DNA from: Bacteroidia bacterium
GTDB taxonomy: Bacteria > Bacteroidota > Bacteroidia > NS11-12g > UBA9320
Length of the DNA stretch: 64,000 nucleotides
Reading direction: 5' to 3'
NCBI GenBank assembly: GCA_965216465.1
Contig: CBDCFW010000006.1
Span: forward strand, 800,001 to 864,000
Part shown: in pieces, positions 10,425 through 19,700 of the stretch
Numbering within the stretch: position 1 is the stretch's first letter
How the letters are laid out: each line of letters starts with the position of its first letter
Program-made: the position numbers and the translations under genes
Notes under the pieces: generated by a model
What the model was told of the DNA's origin: nothing
The model's database searches: none
The model's input: the letters and a program-made list of their open reading frames with translations, nothing else

Positions 10425-10813
10425 TTTACAATCTTACTCCCCAAGAAAGACAACGGAAGATACAGTATAATTGAGACCAAATTGAACCAAAGTGGGTGTG
10501 GGATTATTAGCATATTGGCGATGTTAGCCAGCATCAAGATGGTCCCGGTAGTAAGGGCGACTCTTTGCCAATTTGTTTTAGTAATGACTCCAGACACCAA
10601 TCCTCCAACAAATGCAGAAACTGCGAATACAATTAGCATGCTGAGCAATGCTAGAATTGGCAAACTGTCAATGAACATTTTCAATTCATCCTTCGCCTTG
10701 TAATCTAAATCTGCAGGCACAGGGAAAACTGATGCATTAATCAAATCACCTAGTCCGACGATTAACCAACCAACGAGTACGCCAACAATTACACTTAAAA
10801 TCCTATTTTTCAT
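10421..10813 (-). CDS. Hypothetical 4-TM membrane protein
   Basis: Hydrophobic helices. Start probably MKNRIL (10813), overlapping the upstream gene end. Confidence 0.7.
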   Translation of the reverse strand: MKNRILSVIVGVLVGWLIVGLGDLINASVFPVPADLDYKAKDELKMFIDSLPILALLSMLIVFAVSAFVGGLVSGVITKTNWQRVALTTGTILMLANIANMLIIPHPLWFNLVSIILYLPLSFLGSKIVN

Positions 10814-11255
10814 TGGGCTTAAAATGTTGATGAACAAATCGTTTCCAACCTTTTTTATTCTTGGACTCTACCGCCCAATGAAAGCCCAGTTCATCATCTG
10901 GCCAAAACGCTTGTCTGGCTAATCCAGCCGGCATTTCAGCTTCGAATCCAAAAGCATTTGGATGAATGTCGCTTACGTCAGCAAGGACACCTGTTGAATT
11001 CTTACCGTCAGAGGTAAATGACCAAAAACAAATTCTTTTACGGTTGTCCATTCCTATAATGGTATGATCGGTATACAGCTTATCTCCAAGATGCCATGTG
11101 ACATCCTGAATCAGATATTTATTGTCAAGGTCCAAACGGATTTCTCTGATGCACTGAGGGTTTGTCCGATCCTTGCTCCCAGGATTGCATACCCAATTTC
11201 CCAAAATAGGGTTAAAAAGTCCTAGCTTTCCTCTACCCTTTTTCCAGTTATTCAT
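10803..11255 (-). CDS. Hypothetical protein, possibly a lipocalin-like beta-barrel (DUF1579-like)
   Basis: L.P.LGNW start motif, alternating beta-strand pattern, F..F.SDG. Confidence 0.55.
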   Translation of the reverse strand: MNNWKKGRGKLGLFNPILGNWVCNPGSKDRTNPQCIREIRLDLDNKYLIQDVTWHLGDKLYTDHTIIGMDNRKRICFWSFTSDGKNSTGVLADVSDIHPNAFGFEAEMPAGLARQAFWPDDELGFHWAVESKNKKGWKRFVHQHFKPNEK

Positions 11256-11304
11256 ACTACAATGATTTCTTTATACAATTCTACAGAATGAACGCTATTT
11301 GATT

Positions 11305-11320
11305 GTTGGTATATACCAAC
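11305..11320. promoter_or_regulatory. Perfect 16-bp palindrome GTTGGTATATACCAAC; putative Crp/Fnr-family operator
   Basis: TTG-N8-CAA core, directly after the stop of a Crp/Fnr gene and upstream of the 11255 gene. Confidence 0.65.
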
Positions 11321-11899
11321 TTACCAGAATCGGTGGCTGTCTTGCGCACATTTGTTGTACAACTTGCTAAAATTAGTTGGATCAACATTGATGTAAGACG
11401 CCAGATATTTATGCGGCACTCTACTAAATAACTCCGGCCTCGACTTAATAAGTTGATCAAACCGCTCTTGGATAGTTAATACATGTTGATTCAAGAGCCT
11501 TTTTATTGTTGCCGACAGTACAGTCTCTAGTATTTTTCTATATGCTCGTTCTATGTCATGAGAAGCATCAAAAAGTTCATTTAGATCCTTGAAACTAATC
11601 ATTTCAATCTCAGTATTCTCAATGCAAATTATACTGAACATTGATTCCGTCTGATGGGCAAAAGAGTCTATGTCCACACACAAACGATTTAGATAGGCAA
11701 AATCAACAATTTCCCTAGCACCATCATTGTCTGAGAACATCATCACTGTACCTTTTTTGACCATTATTAGATTTAGTTGCACTTCCCCGTCGAGTAGCAC
11801 ATAGTCCCCTTTCTTAAATGACTCATTGACCAATTTTGCTTTAAACATAGCTCGGTCATCTGGCGAGATACTGGCATATAGAGCAAATAAATCAATCAT
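11321..11899 (-). CDS. Crp/Fnr family transcriptional regulator
   Basis: cNMP-binding domain (KKGDYVLLDGE...KKG) plus ERF..L....PELF.RVP.KYLASYI.V.P...S HTH. Confidence 0.88.
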   Translation of the reverse strand: MIDLFALYASISPDDRAMFKAKLVNESFKKGDYVLLDGEVQLNLIMVKKGTVMMFSDNDGAREIVDFAYLNRLCVDIDSFAHQTESMFSIICIENTEIEMISFKDLNELFDASHDIERAYRKILETVLSATIKRLLNQHVLTIQERFDQLIKSRPELFSRVPHKYLASYINVDPTNFSKLYNKCAQDSHRFW

Positions 11900-12572
11900 C
11901 TTTCCTAGAAAGCAACTGGGTTATACTCGCTAAATGAGAAAACAAAACCAGAGGTACTACTACAGTAGGGAGCCAAACAAATGGAAAATACGTGACACCT
12001 ATGTTAGGTTGTTCATGTGATAACGCTTGAAAGCTTGTAGGAGCAGATAGAACCGCTATAGTTAAAATATTAATCAACAGGGCAAGGCAAATAAAATTCC
12101 AAACCAAAAGTCCCTTTCTCCCAACTTTTTTCAGCCTAAACACCAAGAAATAAACTACAGGAGCTGACAAACCTGAAAGGATATCATAATTCCACTTCTC
12201 AAATGTCATGAGATCTGGAATCAAACCTGCAAGAAATATTGCGTACAATATTAATTCTACTGGAATCCGAACAGCGTGCAAAATTGTTAAATATCGAAGG
12301 TCCAGCTGGCTTGCAAATGCTCTTCCTTTTCTGATGCAGATTAAAGCAATTACTAAGATGACTCCAGGACCCAAGAGAAAAACAAAACGAGGAGGAATTG
12401 CAGTCGTATTACTATAAAACCCCATTAAGCCTAAGAATGAGGTTAATATCATCCAAATAACTATACCAATTGCTAATTTTCTATTGCTTTTGGTTGCCTT
12501 AAAGAATAACCAAACTGTTGCCATCGTAGTAACGATAAAACCGATTTGGACGAATGCTGATACCTGGTCCAT
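11892..12572 (-). CDS. Hypothetical multi-TM membrane protein
   Basis: About 7 hydrophobic segments; H.VRIPVE, NYDILSG and FPFVWLP..VVP motifs. Confidence 0.75.
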   Translation of the reverse strand: MDQVSAFVQIGFIVTTMATVWLFFKATKSNRKLAIGIVIWMILTSFLGLMGFYSNTTAIPPRFVFLLGPGVILVIALICIRKGRAFASQLDLRYLTILHAVRIPVELILYAIFLAGLIPDLMTFEKWNYDILSGLSAPVVYFLVFRLKKVGRKGLLVWNFICLALLINILTIAVLSAPTSFQALSHEQPNIGVTYFPFVWLPTVVVPLVLFSHLASITQLLSRKDD

Positions 12573-12626
12573 ATATTTTTAATTATTTACGATGACAAAA
12601 ATGCCTTGTATATGGCAAAATTGAAC

Positions 12627-12640
12627 TTGACAAATGACAA
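12627..12640. promoter_or_regulatory. Imperfect palindrome TTGACAAATGACAA; putative Crp/Fnr-family operator
   Basis: TTG-N8-CAA, 10 nt after the stop of the second Crp/Fnr gene and upstream of the 12572 gene. Confidence 0.6.
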
Positions 12641-12649
12641 TTAATAAAG

Positions 12650-13219
12650 TCAAACAATACTTCTTCTAATTCTGCTCAATGAACTGTCAGTTATTCCCAA
12701 GAAACTGGCAATGTGCTTTAGTGGAGTCGATTTAATGACTTCCGCCTGGGTGTCCAACAATCTTTGATACCGTTCGAGTGCTGTTTGTGTAATCATGGAA
12801 TAAATCCTCTTTTTAGATCGAATAAACTCTTTGACCAAAATGGCGCGTCCAAAATCTCGAAAGGCCGGTTTGTCATGAAACAAGGTATTGAGCTCATGAT
12901 ACGAAATCCGAAACCCTAAACAATCGGTCACAGCTTCAAGATAGATATGAGAAGGTTCACGATTGAAGAAAGAGGTGATTTCAAACGCAATGTTGTTAGA
13001 TGTGAAAAAATCGGTAGTTATTTGATCGCCTTCTAAATCATAGGCGAAGGTTCTTAAAACACCATACTGTAGAAAAATATAGTCATCTGAGACTTGCCCA
13101 GGTGCCAAAAGGAGATCTCCTTTTTTAGGATTAAATGGATGAAATTGGTTTGCGATATAAGCCGCCTCAACCGGTAGTATATCAACAGTATTCAAAATGA
13201 AATCTTTGAGTTTATTCAT
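12650..13219 (-). CDS. Crp/Fnr family transcriptional regulator
   Basis: KKGDLLL..GQV...G.LR; C-terminal A.ERY..LL...PLKHIASFLGITDSSLSRIR. Confidence 0.92.
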   Translation of the reverse strand: MNKLKDFILNTVDILPVEAAYIANQFHPFNPKKGDLLLAPGQVSDDYIFLQYGVLRTFAYDLEGDQITTDFFTSNNIAFEITSFFNREPSHIYLEAVTDCLGFRISYHELNTLFHDKPAFRDFGRAILVKEFIRSKKRIYSMITQTALERYQRLLDTQAEVIKSTPLKHIASFLGITDSSLSRIRRSIV

Positions 13220-13468
13220 AGCTATGTATTATAGGATTAAATCTAATTGAGTGGCAGTAAATATACCAAAAAAGGATACAGACCTATTTAAGTATGAACT
13301 CCACCAACTTCAGCAAACTATACAACAGTATCAAAATAGGACTTTGGTCTAGACCAAGTTTTATGTTTTCAAAAACACAGATTTTTGTACTTGAAAAAGT
13401 TGGTATTGATTGTACGTCTTGCAACCAATACTTAACAGGCTTGATGCAATTACTAAGCTTAAAGAAAA

Positions 13469-14368
13469 ATGGAAACAGTAAAAAACCAAAGGTTAGATAG
13501 ATCAGAATATCCATTTGAATCAAACTACTTCACGGTAAATGGTCATCAACTGCACTACATCGATGAAGGAAGAGGGCAGCCCATTTTGTTTGTACATGGC
13601 ACCCCTTCCTGGAGTTTTGAGTATAGGAACCAAATAAAGTCTTTGAGCTCCGAGTATCGCTGTATTGCCATGGACCACATAGGATTCGGTTTGTCAGACA
13701 AGCCAAGCACATATGACTATTCAAGCCTGAATCACGCGCAATCATTAGAACGACTGATTCTAGAACTAGATTTATATGATATAATTTTTATTGTCCATGA
13801 CTTTGGTGGCCCAATTGGGATGAGTTTTGCCCTAAATTATCCGGATAGAATTGATAAGATTGTGGTCCTAAATTCTTGGCTTTGGAGCAGCGAACAAGAG
13901 CCAGAATTCAAAAAGTTAAGCAAAGTGATCCGCAGCCCATTGCTTCCATTTCTATACCGTAATTTCAATCTATCAGCAAAATATTTGTTGCCACGGTCTT
14001 TTGGAAAGAAAAAATTGCCAAGGAGCCTACTCAAGCAATACACACAGCCATTTCAAAATAGTAAACAAAGGAATGGGACTGTGGGATTTGCACAGTCCTT
14101 ACTAAATAATCAAGCTTGGTTTGAGGAATTGTGGATTAAGAAGAAATCACTAAAAGAAGTTCCGTTCTTATTCATTTGGGGAATGAATGATCAGTTTGTT
14201 CCAGGAAAGTTTTTGGACAAGTTTATGTCTGGATTTGACAAGGTCCAAGCTGTCAAAATTGAGTCATGTGGACACTTCCCACAGGAAGAGGAATCGGAGA
14301 TCGTTACTAAGTCCATATTTGACTTCATAAAAACGGATAGCAATGAAAATAACCCTCAGAAAAGCTAA
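13469..14368 (+). CDS. Alpha/beta hydrolase, haloalkane dehalogenase-like
   Basis: HGTPSWS, D.IGFGLSDKP, nucleophile elbow VHDFGG (Asp), GHFPQEE. Confidence 0.85.
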   Translation: METVKNQRLDRSEYPFESNYFTVNGHQLHYIDEGRGQPILFVHGTPSWSFEYRNQIKSLSSEYRCIAMDHIGFGLSDKPSTYDYSSLNHAQSLERLILELDLYDIIFIVHDFGGPIGMSFALNYPDRIDKIVVLNSWLWSSEQEPEFKKLSKVIRSPLLPFLYRNFNLSAKYLLPRSFGKKKLPRSLLKQYTQPFQNSKQRNGTVGFAQSLLNNQAWFEELWIKKKSLKEVPFLFIWGMNDQFVPGKFLDKFMSGFDKVQAVKIESCGHFPQEEESEIVTKSIFDFIKTDSNENNPQKS

Positions 14369-14858
14369 CTTATCAGATTTGCGACTGTTGCAATATTGGG
14401 ATCAACAGCAACATGTAATTGACTCTAATCCAGGTGGTGGATGGGACTGGGAAACCGAACTAAATCAAAATTGCGACTGGTGTATCCCATACATTTCAGA
14501 AATGGATGGTCAGGCAATTGGATTTCTCCAAATTGTTGATCCAGCAGGGGACCCCAGCAACTATTGGGGTATTCGTTCCATCGGGTACAGAGCAATAGAC
14601 ATCTGGATTGGGGAAGCCAACAATCTGAATATAGGCATTGGAACGATAATGATGAACATAGCCATTGCAAGATGTTTTGAAGACAAAAAAGTTACTTCAA
14701 TTTTGGTCGACCCCCTTTTTACTAATACCAAAGCGCAAAGATTTTACCAACGTCTTGGGTTTAAACACATTGAAACCAAAGTGTTAGGTGAAGATAAAAG
14801 TTGTGTTTATCGATTGGACAGACAGGACTGGAATGAACGCAGTGAAGAGATCCTATGA
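14343..14858 (+). CDS. GNAT family N-acetyltransferase (AAC(6')-like subfamily)
   Basis: IDIWIGE....GIG, VDP...N.KA.RFY.RLGF. Confidence 0.85.
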   Translation: MKITLRKANLSDLRLLQYWDQQQHVIDSNPGGGWDWETELNQNCDWCIPYISEMDGQAIGFLQIVDPAGDPSNYWGIRSIGYRAIDIWIGEANNLNIGIGTIMMNIAIARCFEDKKVTSILVDPLFTNTKAQRFYQRLGFKHIETKVLGEDKSCVYRLDRQDWNERSEEIL

Positions 14859-15418
14859 CAGATCAAGTTTTCATAGAAGATCGAATTAAAAGGGGCTATC
14901 AAGCACTGGACAAGGTCAATCATGAACTGTCTAAATTGAATAGAAATCAGCTGAACTGGAAACCTAACACTGAGACATGGAGTATTGCTGAGTGTCTGAA
15001 TCATCTAATCATTGCAGATGGCTTATATTTTGAGGACTTTTCTGCTATTGGTCGTAATGAATATGAAATGAGTTTATGGGAACTGCACAGTCCATTTACT
15101 CATCTGTTTGGCAAAACATTAATAAATCAGATGAAAGAGAAGGTAACAATACCATTAAAAACTCACAAAATCCTTAAACCACCTTTAACCAATTATGAAA
15201 CAAAAATTGTAGAAAATTACACATCAAGCCTAAGACATTTAATTAATCTTGTCTCGGTCTGTAATCATATTGATTTAGGTAAAGTTATAATTAGCTCTCC
15301 AACAATCAAGTGGATAACATACAGTTTTAGGGACGCTTTGGAGTTCCTATTTGAACATGAACACAGACATATAAATCAAGCCATCCGACTAAAGTCTGAA
15401 GAAGGTTTTCCTACATAA
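14855..15418 (+). CDS. DinB family protein
   Basis: LNWKP....WSIAECL.HL; C-terminal HE.RH..Q. Confidence 0.85.
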   Translation: MTDQVFIEDRIKRGYQALDKVNHELSKLNRNQLNWKPNTETWSIAECLNHLIIADGLYFEDFSAIGRNEYEMSLWELHSPFTHLFGKTLINQMKEKVTIPLKTHKILKPPLTNYETKIVENYTSSLRHLINLVSVCNHIDLGKVIISSPTIKWITYSFRDALEFLFEHEHRHINQAIRLKSEEGFPT

Positions 15419-15587
15419 TGATTGAGGTTCGGCCGCATTTGATATTTGAAATAATAGTTCTACACTCTAGTTAACAATGCCCGTCATGCAGATGCTTTGA
15501 TTAAATGATTTTCATGAACCTCCAATGGACATCAAGCAAAACCGAAACACTATAATACGCTGATATTCTGTATCTTTTAGGATTCTT

Positions 15588-16715
15588 TTAATTTCTGTAT
15601 TGAAGAGAACCATCTTCGTCAATGTATTTAATCTTTTCAAACACCACATAATCCCCAGGTACCAGCTTTTTTAAAGCTGCAATAGCAGAATCCCGAATGT
15701 GTGTTCCTGATTGACTTATAAGCTGAGCATCACCTTTTTTCGGAACAAATATGAAAAGCAAAGATTGGATGGAAACTTTTGATGATACAATGCAACCCGC
15801 TTTGTTTTGTAGTAGTTGTTGAACAATATCATCAATAAGACTTAAGCTAATTGAATCGATTGTTTCAATGTCAATTTGAAGTCCACAGGGCAAATCTTCA
15901 ACTATTTTAAATTCAACCCCTGAAGAGGTATAATATTCATTGTTTTTGAGGTAATGGAAATGGCTTAGACGCACAAGATCACCACTATTCAAGTTCTTTA
16001 GATTATCAATTAACTTTGACTTATCTGTCTGCGGATTAACAGATAGAGCTGCCTGAAATATGTTTAGTATTTGGTTGTTAATTGTTGTTCTTGACCCGAT
16101 GATAACTTTAACTTGTGTTGAAGAATCGGCCCATTCTAGTTGCTTTGTACACGAATTGTAACCCAACGAATCGGAAACTAGTGCTATTAATTCCTCCTTT
16201 GTAATATTTCGCGTATAGTGATATTTTTTCGGAAACAAGCTCCAACATGGATCCGTTTTTGCGTAAACGAGTGAATCTATGACCAATGTGAATCCAGAGG
16301 TTTGATAAAGCACACCATCCAATTCGTATTGAATGTTTGAGAACAGAATTTTTTCGTACGATTTGGCGTTTTGAATGGATTCAACCAAACTGCTCAAGTA
16401 TGGAGTTTGAAAGCTTCCATCTGTAATCGGAAAAGTTCCAGTTGGTTTATCGGAAATATCGAAGAAGGTGACAGTAAAATTCTTGGCATATATTGTATCA
16501 TCAATGTGGTTATAACAAGAATTCTGAGTAAACCATATTCGATTCAAATTGAGTAGTTCTTCTGTGCTAATGATTTGCACCTTAGATGTGTCGTCGAATG
16601 GTAAATGACATTCATCAGCAATAGGAACTAAAGGGTACTCAATTTTTGCTTCAATTTGTGCATTAGATCCTAAAAATGAGACAAAAGGGAAAGCAAGTAG
16701 GAAGAATCTCTTCAT
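15588..16715 (-). CDS. Exported protein with three GldM C-terminal-domain-like repeats
   Basis: Signal peptide; three ~100-aa repeats ending IQNAKSYEKILFSNIQY / LKNLNSGDLVRLSHFHY / LKKLVPGDYVVFEKIKY. Its ATG abuts the upstream stop. Confidence 0.6.
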   Translation of the reverse strand: MKRFFLLAFPFVSFLGSNAQIEAKIEYPLVPIADECHLPFDDTSKVQIISTEELLNLNRIWFTQNSCYNHIDDTIYAKNFTVTFFDISDKPTGTFPITDGSFQTPYLSSLVESIQNAKSYEKILFSNIQYELDGVLYQTSGFTLVIDSLVYAKTDPCWSLFPKKYHYTRNITKEELIALVSDSLGYNSCTKQLEWADSSTQVKVIIGSRTTINNQILNIFQAALSVNPQTDKSKLIDNLKNLNSGDLVRLSHFHYLKNNEYYTSSGVEFKIVEDLPCGLQIDIETIDSISLSLIDDIVQQLLQNKAGCIVSSKVSIQSLLFIFVPKKGDAQLISQSGTHIRDSAIAALKKLVPGDYVVFEKIKYIDEDGSLQYRN

Positions 16716-19700
16716 CTACCTTACTAACGTAATTGTACCACTATAAGTGTATTCTTTATCGTTTAGTGCAATGACCTTCAATTGGTAAGCATACACATCT
16801 TGTTGAGCTGGTAGTCCTTTATAAGTACCATCCCACTTCTTGTCTTTTTCAGTGGTTTGGAACATGATCTCACCCCATCTGTTGAAGATGATAAGATCCA
16901 TAGTTTTCTCACCGCTGATGATGGCGTGGAAGCCTTCATTTTGACCTGGTCCTGAATTGTCAGGAGTAAAGGCGTTCGGAATGTATACGATCAAGTCTGG
17001 ACCAACAACTACTGGGTGGTAGAACGAGTCTTTACATCCGTAGTTTGTGGTTACAACTAACTTCACGTGGTAAGTAGCTGTATCTGCAGAATAGAAGTAT
17101 GAAGGATCTTTTTCTGTAGACTTATCACCGCTTCTGTTGTTGAAGTCATCAAAATCCCAGAAGTGATCAGTAATTGTACTTCCTAACACATTAGGTACTG
17201 TACTTTGATCAGTGAAGTAGAATCGAGGCAGAGCCGCTGTAGTGTAGTTGTTCGGATTAGGAACAAAGTCTGCAGTTGGCAATGGATATACATCAATACT
17301 CGAGTTAAATACTGCTACACAACCTTTATCAGAGGTAAGGGTAAGTGTAACATTATTTGTACCGTCAGTGGTATAAGTTGCTGTAGGCGTAGGGCTGTTT
17401 GAAGTACTACCTTCACCCATGGTCCAAGCATAGTTTGCAGTATTAGGATTAACCTTGTTGTTGATTTGAACAGCAAAGTCAGAAGTTACTGGGTTACACC
17501 CGTTCGGGTTAGAAGGGATGATATCCGCCTCAGGAATAGGGTTAACCACGATGTCGAATGCGTCATCAACATCAGAACAAGAACCTAATCCAGTTGCAAG
17601 AACAATTACTCTGAATGTTTCAGCAGAATCGGTAATTAAATCGATGTCTACATCAACAGATTGATCATCGCCAGCTAAGGTATAACGGTCTTTGTTCCCA
17701 AACAGGTCGGTACTGTAGTAACCCACACCACCGTGGTTTGAAGCATTGATACCAAAGTTTAGGTCAAGGGCCATTTGTCCGTCAGGTCTACAGAAAACAG
17801 TATCGTTAGGAACACTCAAAATAGGTAGAGGTTCAACCACAGCACTAATCGAGTCAACATTTTGACAGCCAGTAGAAGGGCTAGTATAGTTGTAATAGAA
17901 CCAGATGTCAGAACTGTGAACTGTAGCATTACCTGGGCTAAAGCTGTTTCCGCCAACAATAGCACTCGGGTCAGTACTGGTCCAAGTACCACCAGTAGGA
18001 TTCACATTTAAAGGAACATCAGCCATATCCTCACAGTAACGAGGAGGTTGACGATCAAATGGATCAATGGTAATGGTCGGCAATGGATTGATTATCAAAA
18101 TCGTATCGTTGATTACCGGACAACCCGTTGAAGTGTGCGTATATCTTAGGTAGTATTCACCACCGTTTGTATTACTGTTAAAGGTATTGATAGAGTCAGC
18201 AGACAAACCACCAAGGTTGGTGATGTTGCTGTAAGTGGTTCCACCAATAGTTGTATCGTTAACAACAGACCACACACCATCGGTAAGGTTTACACCTGAT
18301 TGAAGGTTCAAAGAAACCTCTCCATCATTCCAGCAAAGTGGATCCATTTGAGAGAAGGTAATCGTTGGAACTCTCCAGATTTGCATAGAAACAGTGTCTT
18401 TACTTCTACAACCTCTTTCGTTCACGTAAGTAAACTCAAGAACAATCGTGTCTTTATCTGGATTTTCAAGCGTGTAGTAATCTTCACCAATTCTAAGACG
18501 ATAATCTGTAATACCAGCAACAAGACCGCTATCAACTAACATATTACTGAAGTCGTTTCCGTTACAGTCTAAGCACTTCCAAGAAGGAGTACCCAAGTAA
18601 GTAGCAGGAGAAACAACCACTGCGTCTTTTAGAGTCACCTCTTCAGCATCCTGACAGAATACAGTTTCATTTAGATAGGTATTTGGCAATGCATCTACCT
18701 GAATTTGTAGTGAGTCAGAGTTATAACATCCTGTAGTAGGGTCAGTGTAACCGTAAGTTACATAAGTTCTTACATTGGTTGCAGGAGCATTGATTAAACC
18801 ACAAGCACTATCAGTAAAGAAGGTGTTAGCGTTAACCAGGAATGGGAATTCCCAACAAGACCATGAACCACCTGTAGGACTGTTAATGTCGAAGTTCATT
18901 GAAATCGGACCGTAGTCACAACATACTTGTTTATCACCTTTGATATCTATTACAGGCAGAGGATTTACCGTTACCAGAATGGAATCGGCATCGTAACATT
19001 CTACTCCTCCTTCAGTCACATACAAGTCGAGTTGATACTCTGTTGTGGTTTGAGCTGGGAAGTCGTAATTCGAATTCGTGCCCAGCAGCAATCTCGGCAG
19101 CGAGGTTATATCGTACCATCGATAGAGTCCACTCTTACCATTGCCCATGGTATCTAGACCACCAGCAGCCAGTCGTACCGTGTCATCGAAACAATGAATT
19201 TGATCTGGGCCAGCATCGGCAGTTACAGTGTCGTTAACAAATAGGAATAAAGTATCAGTATCGAAACAGCCAAGGCTATCATAAACTTTCAATACATATT
19301 CACCACGTACATTGATAGTTACACTATCGTCATAGCTGAATGGAATCGCACCACCATTGAGGTACCATTCTTTCCAAAGTGTGTCACCTTGACGGATAGT
19401 ATCCATCAAAATTCTATCAACCCAGTAGGCCGTATCGTATGAAGGAATAATCAATGTGCTGTCATACGTACACAGCCTGATATCAGGCCCTAAATGAGCT
19501 TGCGGATTTTCTTTCAAGAATACTTGAATGGTGTCTTCAGAAGTACATCCTGTTTGATCGGTAATAATGATGCTTACCGCTGTATCAACTTGATTTGCAG
19601 GCACTTGAATTTCAAAGAACTCTAAGGTGTCAGCAAAATTGGATGTTACATTAAACTGGAAATCACCATCATCTGTTACTCCCATGGTACTCCATTGGTA

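Noticed and set aside
13284-13523. Short overlapping ORFs between the Crp/Fnr gene and the hydrolase
   Set aside because: No recognisable motif; mutually antisense and overlapping the hydrolase start; probably promoter DNA or a decayed remnant.
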